Source: an uncultured Bacilli bacterium
GTDB lineage: Bacteria > Bacillota_I > Bacilli_A > RF39 > UBA660
Reading direction: 5' to 3'
Length of the DNA: 56,631 nucleotides
NCBI GenBank assembly: GCA_947629365.1
Contig: CANRDM010000001.1
Coordinates: 1 to 56,631 of the forward strand
The stretch's first letter is position 1, and each line of letters starts with the position of its first letter. The notes under the pieces were generated by a model. That model saw nothing but the letters and a program-made list of their open reading frames with translations. It had not been told where the DNA came from and made no database searches. The position numbers were made by a program, and so were the translations under genes. Of the stretch, positions 10,445-19,396 are shown piece after piece.

Positions 10445-11281
10445 TTAAAGCAAAATAACCAATTTTCCTTGTTTATTTTGAAAATTATATAATGCTTTTT
10501 CTTCCCCATCTTTGGTAAATAAAATATACCCCTCTTTATCTAAGTTTATTAAATTACCATTAGTAATTTTTTTAGCTAAAGCATCGGTTATTACCACTTT
10601 TTCTAAATTAATTAAATCTTCTAATTTTAATAATTGATAATTACCATTTTTAATTTCCTCTAAAGTATAGCTATTTTGAATTTTATATTGTCCTTGTTTT
10701 GTTCTTATTAAATTATTCATTGTGCCAATTGTATTTAATTTTTCACATATACTTGTTATTAAACTTCTTATATATGTTCCTTTACTTACAAGGACTTTAA
10801 ATTTTATTAAATCAAATTCATAACTAATTAAAGATATTTCTTTAATAAAAACTTCTCTTTCTGGTAAATTAACTTCCAACCCACTTCTAGCATACTCATA
10901 TAACCTTTTGCCATTAACAGATACTGCTGAATATATGGGTACAGTTTCTTTATAGACACCAATAAAACTATTTAAAACATTTATTATTTCTTCTTTACTT
11001 AGTTTAGGAATATTACTTTTTTCTAAAACGTTACCTGTTATATCTAAAGTATCAGTTTTAATCCCTAGTTTTATTTCTGCTATATATTCTTTTTCTTTTT
11101 CAGTAATAATTGGTACTAACTTAGTATATTTACCAATTAAACAAACAAGAACCCCAGAAGCTAGGGGATCAAGTGTACCAGTATGGCCAATTTTTTTAGT
11201 ATCTAAAATCTTATTTAACTTGTTAACAACATCTCTACTTGTATAACCTTTTTCTTTATTTACTATAATTGCGCCATTCAT
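10445..11281 (-). CDS. truB: tRNA pseudouridine(55) synthase
   Basis: Motif GHTGTLDPLASGVLVCLIG. Lies between rbfA and rpsO. Confidence 0.93.
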   Translation of the reverse strand: MNGAIIVNKEKGYTSRDVVNKLNKILDTKKIGHTGTLDPLASGVLVCLIGKYTKLVPIITEKEKEYIAEIKLGIKTDTLDITGNVLEKSNIPKLSKEEIINVLNSFIGVYKETVPIYSAVSVNGKRLYEYARSGLEVNLPEREVFIKEISLISYEFDLIKFKVLVSKGTYIRSLITSICEKLNTIGTMNNLIRTKQGQYKIQNSYTLEEIKNGNYQLLKLEDLINLEKVVITDALAKKITNGNLINLDKEGYILFTKDGEEKALYNFQNKQGKLVILL

Positions 11282-11841
11282 TTATTAATTCTTTCTAATT
11301 TTTTTCCTAATAAATGGGTTTTAGATGCTCCATCACATTCAGTAAATCCCCTATCAAAACAACCACTAAGTAAGGTAAAATCATTAATAGGTACTTCAAC
11401 ATACATATCAACTATTTTGTTATTTTGATATAAATTTTCTACATATTCTAGTATTTTTTTCCATAATTCTAATTTGATTTTTTCATTAGTTAAAAAGATA
11501 ACATCAGGAATTGTAGCCATAAGGCTATTTACTTTCCTTAGACGGGCCGCACTAGCAAGTTCTTCATTCAAATAAACTTTTAATAAAGATATTTCTTCCT
11601 CATTAGCATTTGATTTAGTTTGACTTAATGCTCTCATAGCTAAATTATAACTATCAGAAAATTGCAGTATAAACTTTCCTAATTTATTAGAATTATTTAG
11701 TCCTTTAGCAAAAGAATCAGCTAGATTTTTACCATATATATGTAAAAACAACTCATAATATTTTTGTAAAATTATATTATATTCTTTTGTATTTAATTTA
11801 TCTTCAGTTGTAATTTCCATTCTTATATTATCTAAATCCAT
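11278..11841 (-). CDS. hypothetical protein in the rbfA-truB operon
   Basis: 187-aa ORF whose stop overlaps the truB start (ATGA). No family recognised. Confidence 0.5.
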   Translation of the reverse strand: MDLDNIRMEITTEDKLNTKEYNIILQKYYELFLHIYGKNLADSFAKGLNNSNKLGKFILQFSDSYNLAMRALSQTKSNANEEEISLLKVYLNEELASAARLRKVNSLMATIPDVIFLTNEKIKLELWKKILEYVENLYQNNKIVDMYVEVPINDFTLLSGCFDRGFTECDGASKTHLLGKKLERINK

Positions 11842-11849
11842 AAAACCTC

Positions 11850-12200
11850 CTACTTATTAATTTCATTAATTATTTTTTCTATTTTAGTTGCATAAGCAAT
11901 TGTTTCATCATAAACAAATTTTAATTCAGGAATATTTCTAATTTCAATTACTTTAGCAAGACATCCTCTTAAATAAGGGGCTGCTTCATTTACTTCCTTT
12001 TCAATATCTTCTTTTGGCATATCTAAAATACTTGTAAAAAATATTTTAGCATAACTTAAATCTTTACTTAATTTAATATCAGTTAAAGTAATTGATTTTA
12101 ATAAATCATCTCTTGTTTCAGTATAAATAATATTACTTAAGTATTTAATTATATCACTGGCAATACGATCTACTTTATGATTATTCATCTTTGACCTCAA
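11850..12200 (-). CDS. rbfA: ribosome-binding factor A
   Basis: 116 aa, begins directly after infB (20-nt overlap), with an RbfA-like pattern ...RIASDIIKYLSNIIY...ITLTDIKLSKDLSYAKIFF. Confidence 0.9.
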   Translation of the reverse strand: MRSKMNNHKVDRIASDIIKYLSNIIYTETRDDLLKSITLTDIKLSKDLSYAKIFFTSILDMPKEDIEKEVNEAAPYLRGCLAKVIEIRNIPELKFVYDETIAYATKIEKIINEINK

Positions 12201-14289
12201 CTAATTCATAAGCTTCTAAAATGTCGCCTTCTTTAATATCATTATAACTTTCTAAAGTAATACCACATTCAAAGCCTTTCTTCATTTCTTTGACACTTTC
12301 TTTACCTTTTTGTAAAGAAGCTATTTTATCAAGAACAACAATTATGCCATCACGAATAACCCTAACATTTGCACCATTTTTAATTATTCCATCTGTAACA
12401 TAACAACCAGCAATATTACCTATTTTAGAGAATTTAAAGATTTTTCTAATTTCAGCTGAACCCATAACTTTTTCTTCAAATTCTGGGTCTAACATACCTT
12501 TCATTGCTAATTCCATATCTTCAACTAATTTGTAAATAATTGTATACAATCTAATATCAACACTATATTCTTTAGCTATTTCTTTAGTTATATTACTAGG
12601 TACAACATTAAAACCAATGATTATGGCATTTGAAGCATTAGCAAGCACAACATCACTTTCAGTAATGGTCCCAATACCACTTCTTATAACGTTTACTACG
12701 ACATCGCCAACTTTAATTTTTTGTAAAGCATTTTTAACAGCTTCTTCACTACCTCTAACATCAGCCTTAAGTAATACATTAATTTCTTTTTCGCCACTTT
12801 CGATTTGTTTAAATAAATCATCTAACGAAACAATATCTGTTTTATATTTAGATGAAGCAATATTCTTTCTTTTGTTTGCAATTTCTTTAGCTTTAGCTTC
12901 TGTTTCAAAAGCCATAAACTTATCACCAGCAGAAGGATTATCGGAAATACCAGTTACTTCAACCGGCATAGATGGATAGGCAAGGGCAATGGATTCACCT
13001 AAATCATTTTTCATTGTTCTTACCTTACCAAAGAATTCACCAACGACAATTGGGTCACCAATTCTAAGGGTTCCATTTTGAATAATAAAGGAAGCAATAC
13101 CACCAACATTTTTATCAAGTTTAGATTCAATAACTACCCCTGAGGCATAACGATTAGGGTTAGCTTTATAATTATTAATTTCCGCAATTGTTTCAATTGT
13201 TTCTAATAAAAGAGGAATACCTTCACCAGTTTTAGCAGAAATATTAATAAATGGAACATCGCCTCCCCAAGCTTCTGGCGTAATACCATATTCAGTCATT
13301 TCTGTTAAAATACGCTCTGGATTAGCATCTGGTTTATCAATTTTATTAACAGCCACAATAATTGGAACATTAGCAACTTTAGCGTGATCAATGGCTTCTT
13401 TAGTTTGCGGCATAACTCCATCATCAGCAGCAACAATAATAATAACTATATCGGTAACACTAGCTCCTCTTGCACGCATTTCCGTAAAAGCCGCGTGTCC
13501 TGGCGTATCAATAAAAGTTATTTTATTACCATTATGATTTATTTGATAAGCCCCAATATGTTGTGTAATACCGCCAAACTCTCCTTCAACAATATGCGAG
13601 TTTCTAATATAATCTAGAAGAGTTGTTTTACCGTGGTCAACGTGACCCATAATAGTTACAATTGGTGGTCTTTTAACTAAATCTTCTTCGCGGTCGATTA
13701 TTTCATATTCTTCAAAGTTAGCTAAATCTTGAGTCTCTTCTTTTTTTAAAGTTTTACCATAATCTAAAGCAACAATTTCCGCATTTTCAAAATCAATTTG
13801 ATCATTTAAGCTTAACATTAAACCTAAAGACATTAATTTTTTAATTATTTCTGTTCCCCCAACCTTTAAATTATCTGCTAATTCTTTAACACTCATTCCT
13901 TGTTTATATAAAACAACATCTTCACTAGAAACAGAATTATCCATTAATTTTTCTTTATGTTTATACATTTCTTTTTTTAATATTTGATAATTATCTTTGT
14001 TTTCATTAGTCCGATCTTTTTTCTTTAATTTTTGCTTTTTAGATGTATTACTTTCCGAAATATTTTTACTTTCCATAATATCAAATGCAATATTTTCAAC
14101 AAGTTCATCTTCATCATATGTAATTTCATCATCAGTACTAATTAAGTTTAAAGTATTATCAAGCATAACAATGTCATCAGCTTCTAAAAAGTCTTCACCA
14201 GCTGTTACATTTATACCTAATTCTTTACATTTTTTTAAAACTTCAGCAACGGATAAATTCATATCTTTAGCATAATCTTTTACACTCAT
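12181..14289 (-). CDS. infB: translation initiation factor IF-2
   Basis: GTPase motifs [17 protein letters not shown] and NKID. 702 aa. Confidence 0.97.
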   Translation of the reverse strand: MSVKDYAKDMNLSVAEVLKKCKELGINVTAGEDFLEADDIVMLDNTLNLISTDDEITYDEDELVENIAFDIMESKNISESNTSKKQKLKKKDRTNENKDNYQILKKEMYKHKEKLMDNSVSSEDVVLYKQGMSVKELADNLKVGGTEIIKKLMSLGLMLSLNDQIDFENAEIVALDYGKTLKKEETQDLANFEEYEIIDREEDLVKRPPIVTIMGHVDHGKTTLLDYIRNSHIVEGEFGGITQHIGAYQINHNGNKITFIDTPGHAAFTEMRARGASVTDIVIIIVAADDGVMPQTKEAIDHAKVANVPIIVAVNKIDKPDANPERILTEMTEYGITPEAWGGDVPFINISAKTGEGIPLLLETIETIAEINNYKANPNRYASGVVIESKLDKNVGGIASFIIQNGTLRIGDPIVVGEFFGKVRTMKNDLGESIALAYPSMPVEVTGISDNPSAGDKFMAFETEAKAKEIANKRKNIASSKYKTDIVSLDDLFKQIESGEKEINVLLKADVRGSEEAVKNALQKIKVGDVVVNVIRSGIGTITESDVVLANASNAIIIGFNVVPSNITKEIAKEYSVDIRLYTIIYKLVEDMELAMKGMLDPEFEEKVMGSAEIRKIFKFSKIGNIAGCYVTDGIIKNGANVRVIRDGIIVVLDKIASLQKGKESVKEMKKGFECGITLESYNDIKEGDILEAYELVEVKDE

Positions 14290-14304
14290 TTTTATTCCTC
14301 CTTA

Positions 14305-14562
14305 TTATAATAATTTATTTAATTCTTGAAATACCTCATCTTTAATTTCTAAGCCTAGAATTTTATCTAGTATTTTACTTGCTTGGGCTTTAGCAAAAAC
14401 TTCTTTATCTTTTTTTAAATAAGCTCCACGTCCATTTTTTTTACCAGATAAATCAATTTCAACATTACCTTCTGGAGTTCTTACTATTCTAACTAAATCT
14501 CTTTTATCACATTTTTCTTTAGTAACAACACAAGTTCTTATGGGAGTCTTTTTTACATACAT
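14305..14562 (-). CDS. ylxR: YlxR-family (DUF448) RNA-binding protein
   Basis: PIRTCVVTKEKCDKRDLVRIV...GRGAYL. Lies between nusA and infB. Confidence 0.9.
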   Translation of the reverse strand: MYVKKTPIRTCVVTKEKCDKRDLVRIVRTPEGNVEIDLSGKKNGRGAYLKKDKEVFAKAQASKILDKILGLEIKDEVFQELNKLL

Positions 14563-14574
14563 TAATATTCCCCC

Positions 14575-15690
14575 TTAATCTTTGTTTCCTTCTTCATTAA
14601 TTTGGGATAAAGTTTTTATTTCTAATTTATATTTAGTAAGTTTACTAGCAAGTTTTATATTACTTCCTTTTTTACCAATAGCAAGACTTAAATTATCATC
14701 AGTAACAATAGCTAGGGCTTCCTTTTTTTCTGGGTTAGTAATATTTACAATAACATTTTTTGCTGGTGATAAGGCATTGGCAATAAATGTTTCTGGATTT
14801 TCATCATATAAGATTAAATCAATTTTTTCACCATTTAATTCTTTTAAAATACTAGCAATACGACTACCTTTTTCACCTATACAAGAACCAATGGCATCAA
14901 TTCTTTCATTAGTGGAATACAAAGCAACTTTACTTCTATTACCAGCATCTCTCGCTACTCCATATAAAACGACTTCTCCATCTTGCAATTCTGGAATAAA
15001 TGATTCAAATAATCTTTTAACAAAACCATAATGTTTTCTTGAAAGCATTATTACTGGTCCTTTAGTACCACTTTCTACTTTTGTAATATATACTCTAATA
15101 CTAGAGCCCATTTTAATTGTCTCACCAGGAATAATCTCACTCTTAGGTAAAATTCCTCTTGTTCGTCCTAAATCAATATAATAATTTTTTTGATCTTCAA
15201 GAGCCACTAAACCTAACATAAGCTCATATTCTTTATCTTGAAATTCTTCAATAATACTATTTTTTTCGGCTTCTCTTATTTTTTGAGTAACTACTTGTTT
15301 AGCTGTTCCAGCCGCAACTCTTCCAAAATCTTTAGGAGTTACTTCTTTTTCAATAGTATCACCAACCTTAGCATTTGGATCAATTTCTTTTGCATCTTCT
15401 AATAAAATTTGGGCATCAATATTAATTTTAGGAGGAACTTCAACAACATTTCCTTCTTCATCAACTTCTTCACTACCCTCATCAATAGCGTCAACAACTA
15501 CTAAATAAGAGAAAACTTTAATTTCCCCAGTTTCTCGATTGATATCCACTCTTACATTAGTTTTAGAATCAAAATTTTTCTTATAAGCTGTTTGTAATGC
15601 TAAAGTCATTGCATCAAATACAACATCAGCACTAATATTTTTTTCTTTAACAATATCATTTAATGCTTTAATAAATGCTTTACTATCCAT
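14575..15690 (-). CDS. nusA: transcription termination/antitermination factor NusA
   Basis: 371 aa with an N-terminal domain, S1 and two KH regions. Conserved operon position. Confidence 0.95.
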   Translation of the reverse strand: MDSKAFIKALNDIVKEKNISADVVFDAMTLALQTAYKKNFDSKTNVRVDINRETGEIKVFSYLVVVDAIDEGSEEVDEEGNVVEVPPKINIDAQILLEDAKEIDPNAKVGDTIEKEVTPKDFGRVAAGTAKQVVTQKIREAEKNSIIEEFQDKEYELMLGLVALEDQKNYYIDLGRTRGILPKSEIIPGETIKMGSSIRVYITKVESGTKGPVIMLSRKHYGFVKRLFESFIPELQDGEVVLYGVARDAGNRSKVALYSTNERIDAIGSCIGEKGSRIASILKELNGEKIDLILYDENPETFIANALSPAKNVIVNITNPEKKEALAIVTDDNLSLAIGKKGSNIKLASKLTKYKLEIKTLSQINEEGNKD

Positions 15691-15693
15691 TTT

Positions 15694-15969
15694 TTAACCT
15701 CTTTCCTTACTAATAACATCTAAGATATATTCACTATCACATATATCATATTCATCAACAATTGGATTTATAATTTCTGTTGATGCCACTATCTCGTCTA
15801 AATCAATTCCCCCAATTTTGTCTAAAACAATAGTTAAGAAAGTATATTTACCTTGTTTTTTAATATAAATCTCATCAACAATTACCTCTCTTTTTTCTAA
15901 AGTTTTTTCTAGATGGGCTTTTAATTTTTCTAAAATTTCTAATTTTTTTTCTTCTTTTTTCATCTTCAC
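15694..15969 (-). CDS. rimP: ribosome maturation factor RimP, unusually short (N-terminal domain only)
   Basis: 91 aa directly upstream of nusA. It ends at ...YILDVISKERG, where full-length RimP has the SSPG..RPL motif followed by a C-terminal domain. Confidence 0.65.
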   Translation of the reverse strand: MKMKKEEKKLEILEKLKAHLEKTLEKREVIVDEIYIKKQGKYTFLTIVLDKIGGIDLDEIVASTEIINPIVDEYDICDSEYILDVISKERG

Positions 15970-16053
15970 CTCAAACTAATAATAAAAGTGGGATATTCTG
16001 CCCACTTAAAATGTCAATTATATTATATAAAAATTTATGCTTAAATGCAAGTG

Positions 16054-16566
16054 TTACTTGATAAAACCATTTTGAATTAATTTAGTATCATTAACAACAA
16101 TAAAAGCTTTTTCATCAAATTCTTTTACTATTTTAGTTAATTCTTTTAATTTTTTACTATTAACTTCGATAAATAACATATCTTTATTTTTACCTTCATA
16201 ATCATTTTTTAATTCAATAACGGAAACAGCATAGCCAATTTTTCTTAATTTCTTTATTAGTTTTTCATTATTTTCTTTTAAAACAATTTGAACTCCCACT
16301 ACCCCTTTAATTAAAAGTTTAGATAAAAGGGAGCCAATATAAGTTCCTGTTGCGTAACCTAGTGCATAACTACCAGCAATATAAAAAGTATTTTGGGTGG
16401 AATTTAATGCCTCTCTTGCTACGACATACCAAATTAGCACTTCAAAAAAAGCGATAAAAAAAGGCTCTATACTTTTTCCTTTAACACATAATACAGTTCT
16501 GAATGTTCCTAATGATACATCGGCAATCCGAGCCAAAAATATTTTTAAACATTCCAGTAAAAGCAC
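16054..16566 (-). CDS. UPF0316 / DUF2179-type membrane protein
   Basis: 170 aa. N-terminal TM helices (IADVSLGTFRTVLCVKG...) and a C-terminal soluble domain, resembling B. subtilis YebE-type UPF0316 proteins. Confidence 0.7.
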   Translation of the reverse strand: MLLLECLKIFLARIADVSLGTFRTVLCVKGKSIEPFFIAFFEVLIWYVVAREALNSTQNTFYIAGSYALGYATGTYIGSLLSKLLIKGVVGVQIVLKENNEKLIKKLRKIGYAVSVIELKNDYEGKNKDMLFIEVNSKKLKELTKIVKEFDEKAFIVVNDTKLIQNGFIK

Positions 16567-16578
16567 ATAATCACTCCT

Positions 16579-16809
16579 TTAAATAGTAAAGATCATTATC
16601 ATTACAAAGATTACTATAAAAAGAAGAAAGCCTAAGACAAATCCCCACATAATGGCAGTATTTTCTTTATCTCTTTTGACAATTGATTCAATATCTTTAT
16701 CATAGTTGTCTCTTTTAAAGCGTTCTTTATTTATTTCTTTTTCCTCTTTACTATATTCTTGATGATTTTTAGTCATTTCGTATTTATTAACCATCATTCT
16801 ATTTGCCAT
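16579..16809 (-). CDS. small membrane protein, hypothetical
   Basis: 76 aa with a charged N-terminal half and a C-terminal TM helix, MWGFVLGFLLFIVIFVMIMIF. Confidence 0.5.
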   Translation of the reverse strand: MANRMMVNKYEMTKNHQEYSKEEKEINKERFKRDNYDKDIESIVKRDKENTAIMWGFVLGFLLFIVIFVMIMIFTI

Positions 16810-16904
16810 ACTATTATTTTCCTACTTTCTTAATATAATTATACCAAAAATATTTAAAAAAACGTTCTTTTACTTAAAAATTTATTTTTATTGACATTGC
16901 TAGA

Positions 16905-16931
16905 CAAAAAAGAACTATCATTTGATAGTTC
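16905..16931 (-). terminator. intrinsic terminator of the cotJ operon
   Basis: On the minus strand GAACTATCA-aa-TGATAGTTC is followed by T6, 5 nt after the cotJC stop. Confidence 0.8.
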
Positions 16932-16936
16932 AAATA

Positions 16937-17404
16937 TTAATAACCTTTGCTTTTATAATATTCATATAATTCTTTGAAGCGATTAAAATGGACTACTTCT
17001 CTTTGTCTTAAAAATAAAAGGGGAGCTAGAACATCTTCATCATCAGTTAAATCAATTAAGTTTTCATAAACCGCTCTTGCTTTTTGTTCAGCAGCCATAT
17101 CTTCCATTAAATCGGCAATTGGATCGGCAGTTACAGCAAAATAAGTTGCGGTAAAAGGTACACCACTTGCATCAACTGGATAAATACCTTTATTATGGTC
17201 AGCATAATATGAAGCAAGACCAGCTTCTTCTAATTCTTTTAAAGATGCATCTTTAGTAAGTTCACTAACCATTGAGCAAATCATCTCACAATGACCTAAT
17301 TCTTCAGTTGCAATATCATTAAGTAAGGCTCTTCCTTTGTCATCTGGCATTGTAAATTTTTGACTAAAATAACGCATTGCGGCAGCTAATTCTCCATTTG
17401 CACC
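16937..17404 (-). pseudogene. cotJC: cotJC (Mn-catalase-family spore coat protein), 3' portion cut off from its 5' end by the prophage
   Basis: Translation ...FGGANGELAAAMRYFSQKFTMPDDKGRALLNDIATEELGHCEMI...MEDMAAEQKARAVYENL... is colinear with remembered B. subtilis CotJC from about residue 29 onward. It lacks a native start. The track ORF start at 17416 lies in phage DNA. Confidence 0.9.
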
Positions 17405-17423
17405 ACCAAAGTGCAAAAGCGAT
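17395..17423. other. attL junction (host cotJC arm | GCACC core | phage arm)
   Basis: catttGCACCaccaaagtgcaaaagcgat. The phage arm 17409-17423 is the reverse complement of atcgcttttGcactt, matching the attR phage arm in 14 of 15 positions. Confidence 0.75.
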
Positions 17424-17728
17424 AGTTAAATGATTTCGAACATAAAAAGAAAGCAAATAAATTTCTTAAAATTCAAAATGAAATAGTTGATTCATTTGAT
17501 AATTTGTAATAATAAAAGATGTGAAATAGTGCCTAATTAGTATCACCCAAAAAATGAAGTATTAAATTAGTAAAGTTAGAAAGAAACAGATTCAGTTTAG
17601 AATACCACGAAAAATGGCAAGAAGATAAATCTTTTAACGATTACTGGCATAAATTAGGGCAAATAAGATTTATGCAATATTATGATAAAACTAAAGAAGA
17701 ATTTATTAAAATTTTTAAGAAAAATTAC

Positions 17729-17758
17729 TTGTAAAATCATAATACAATATATTATAAT
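17729..17758 (+). promoter_or_regulatory. sigma-A-type promoter of the small structured transcript
   Basis: TTGTAA - 18 nt - TATAAT. Predicted start near 17766. Confidence 0.6.
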
Positions 17759-17765
17759 GTTTATT

Positions 17766-18020
17766 GAGATACATTTTGTTAGGTGCTTTTCCTCCGCTAA
17801 GCTTACAGCAGAACGGAGGTGATGCCTATGAGTGAGGAATTGAATGGAATATTTGATTATTCTTGCAATAATCCTATATCTTCTTCGAGACTGCAGTCAA
17901 AGACATTAAAAAAGAAGCACCTAATCATTGTCGATGCGACTTTGATGGTGCTTCAAAAACTTGAAACAATAGAAACATAAGGCGGAGATAGCACTTAACA
18001 TCTAAAATGTATCTCTTTTT
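17766..18020 (+). ncRNA. structured transcript of about 255 nt (candidate type I toxin mRNA)
   Basis: The 5' end GAGAUACAUUUU+GUUAGGUGCU (17766-17787) pairs with AGCACUUAAC (17990-17999) and AAAAUGUAUCUC (18004-18015), followed by U5. Internal hairpins are CCUCCG/CGGAGG (17791-96/17814-19) and 17914-17954. Confidence 0.55.
17844..17909 (+). CDS. 21-aa hydrophobic peptide, candidate type I toxin
   Basis: MEYLIILAIILYLLRDCSQRH, with GAGGA 5 nt upstream of the ATG. Below the ORF-track length cut-off. Confidence 0.4.
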   Translation: MEYLIILAIILYLLRDCSQRH

Positions 18021-18093
18021 ATGTCCTATAAATATAATATACTAATTTTCATTAATATATTCATAACAAATTAACACAAAAATAGTAATTTGT
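17908..18093 (-). ncRNA. candidate antisense sRNA (about 185 nt) convergent with the small transcript
   Basis: It runs from the minus-strand promoter at 18100-18128 to a strong minus-strand terminator, GAAGCACC-AUCA-..GUCG-CAU-CGAC..-UGAU-GGUGCUUC + U6 (17954-17908). It overlaps about 110 nt of the plus transcript's 3' region. Confidence 0.5.
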
Positions 18094-18099
18094 ATATTC

Positions 18100-18128
18100 A
18101 TTATAATACTTTTATACTACAAAATCAA
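18100..18128 (-). promoter_or_regulatory. sigma-A-type promoter for the antisense RNA
   Basis: On the minus strand TTGATT (18128-18123) - 17 nt - TATAAT (18105-18100). Confidence 0.55.
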
Positions 18129-18143
18129 TACTAAAAATGTATT

Positions 18144-18175
18144 AAAAAAACAAGGTAGAGATTAAATTCCCTACC
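18144..18175 (-). terminator. intrinsic terminator of the phage lysis operon
   Basis: On the minus strand GGUAGGG-aauuuaau-CUCUACC (one G-U) is followed by UUGUUUUUUU, directly after the endolysin stop. Confidence 0.75.
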
Positions 18176-18853
18176 TCATTTATATAGTTTAATATTTTTA
18201 ACATTCATCGAAGCCCATACTACAAGTTTGTCTTTTCTTTTAGCTGATAAAACTGCTCTATCTTCTTTTAAATCGGTAATAGTGTAATATTTATCGTATT
18301 GTTTCAGTTTAGTGCCACTGTAATTTACTAACTTAGTTGGTACTACCAAGTCACCAACTTTAAATTTTTGTACCTCTACAGGATCATTTTGAGGCTCTAT
18401 TGATGTTTCAATTTTAATATTGGGTAAATCTGTATCAACATAAGGTGTAGGATCTATTTTTACATTTTTTTCATTTCTTACTTCAAAATGTAAGTGAGCG
18501 CCATCACTACGTCCAGTATTTCCCATATAACCAAGTTGTTGTCCTTTAGTTACTTTGTCACCTTTTTTAACTTTAACTGTACCTAATTTAAAGTGAGCAT
18601 ATAAAGTATAATAACCATTAATATGTTTAATTTTCACATAATTACCATAGCTATGGCCACCTTTATCATTTGTTTTGTAATCTGATTCACATTCTACTAC
18701 CTCCCCGTCAGTATGTGCTAAAACATAATCACAAACACTTTTACTATTTTTATTACCTACTACATCAATTCCGTAATGTATTGGCGGATTATATTTCCAA
18801 GTTATCTTATTTGAATATGTTTTTAATAATCTACTCATATTATTCTCCGTCAT
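18176..18853 (-). CDS. endolysin, M23 (LytM-type) peptidase with a C-terminal SH3-like binding domain
   Basis: HxxxD and HxH metallopeptidase pattern ...YGIDVVG... GYMGNTGRSDGAHLHFEVR. Lies directly after the holin-like genes. Confidence 0.8.
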   Translation of the reverse strand: MTENNMSRLLKTYSNKITWKYNPPIHYGIDVVGNKNSKSVCDYVLAHTDGEVVECESDYKTNDKGGHSYGNYVKIKHINGYYTLYAHFKLGTVKVKKGDKVTKGQQLGYMGNTGRSDGAHLHFEVRNEKNVKIDPTPYVDTDLPNIKIETSIEPQNDPVEVQKFKVGDLVVPTKLVNYSGTKLKQYDKYYTITDLKEDRAVLSAKRKDKLVVWASMNVKNIKLYK

Positions 18854-19025
18854 TATCTTTTTTTGTAAAATAATAAGTAAATACTGCTGTCATTAAGTTA
18901 GTTACTAATATTAAAATATTATCAGACAAACTACATCCAAAAATATTAGCTAAAACAATACCTGCTAATATTATTACCATTGCTACTGTTACAAAACTTT
19001 TTAAATCTGTTAATGCTTTTTTCAT
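18840..19025 (-). CDS. holin-like protein (2 TM helices, charged C-terminus)
   Basis: 61 aa with helices FVTVAMVIILAGIVLANIFG and ILILVTNLMTAVFTYYF and tail KKDNDGE. Overlaps the endolysin start by 14 nt. Confidence 0.7.
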   Translation of the reverse strand: MKKALTDLKSFVTVAMVIILAGIVLANIFGCSLSDNILILVTNLMTAVFTYYFTKKDNDGE

Positions 19026-19355
19026 TTAATTTTCCTCCATATTAAAAGCAGATTTTGTATCTGCTAATGCTAAACTTTCATCTTGTAAAATAACGTTTTC
19101 ACATAATTTTTTTGTATAACTATCAAATCCTTTTGATAAATATAAATCACATACTTCAGCTCGCTGAATATTCGGTACTTCTTTATTCCATATAATTGCT
19201 TGCTGAGCTAATTTTGATGTTTCTGCCAGCTGTTCATTTTGAAAATCAAAATATTGGAACACTTTAAAAAAGCAGCCAAATACTGCTGATAATATTCCTA
19301 ATGATAAAGTTGACCATCCCCAATATTTTTTTATTTTCTCCATTATTTTTTCCAT
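19026..19355 (-). CDS. membrane protein of the lysis cassette (holin or antiholin partner?)
   Basis: 109 aa with one N-terminal TM helix, WSTLSLGILSAVFGCFFKVF. Abuts the holin gene. Confidence 0.45.
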   Translation of the reverse strand: MEKIMEKIKKYWGWSTLSLGILSAVFGCFFKVFQYFDFQNEQLAETSKLAQQAIIWNKEVPNIQRAEVCDLYLSKGFDSYTKKLCENVILQDESLALADTKSAFNMEEN

Positions 19356-19396
19356 TTGATATCCTCCTATTTTTTATAGTTAAAATGATAAGATAT

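Noticed and set aside
12617-15031. Plus-strand ORFs 12617-12979, 13384-13617, 13997-14275 and 14582-15031
   Set aside because: They are antisense shadows of infB and nusA.
17561-17734. Open frame ...KLERNRFSLEYHEKWQEDKSFNDYWHKLGQIRFMQYYDKTKEEFIKIFKKNYL* just inside attL
   Set aside because: It looks protein-like but has no ATG, GTG or TTG start and no RBS, with a TGA directly upstream. It is probably a decayed gene remnant, and its stop overlaps the -35 of the small-transcript promoter. Support is too weak to call it a feature.
17822-17980. 50-52-codon ORF (M(PM)SEELNGIFDYSCNNPISSSRLQSKTLKKKHLIIVDATLMVLQKLETIET) in the structured transcript, with GGAGG upstream
   Set aside because: It cannot be excluded, and a small recombination directionality factor would be about this size. 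However, it runs straight through the antisense terminator hairpin and the long-range helices, and its SD is the one buried in the CCUCCG/CGGAGG hairpin. The overlapping 21-codon hydrophobic ORF fits the type I toxin architecture better. It is kept as an alternative reading only.
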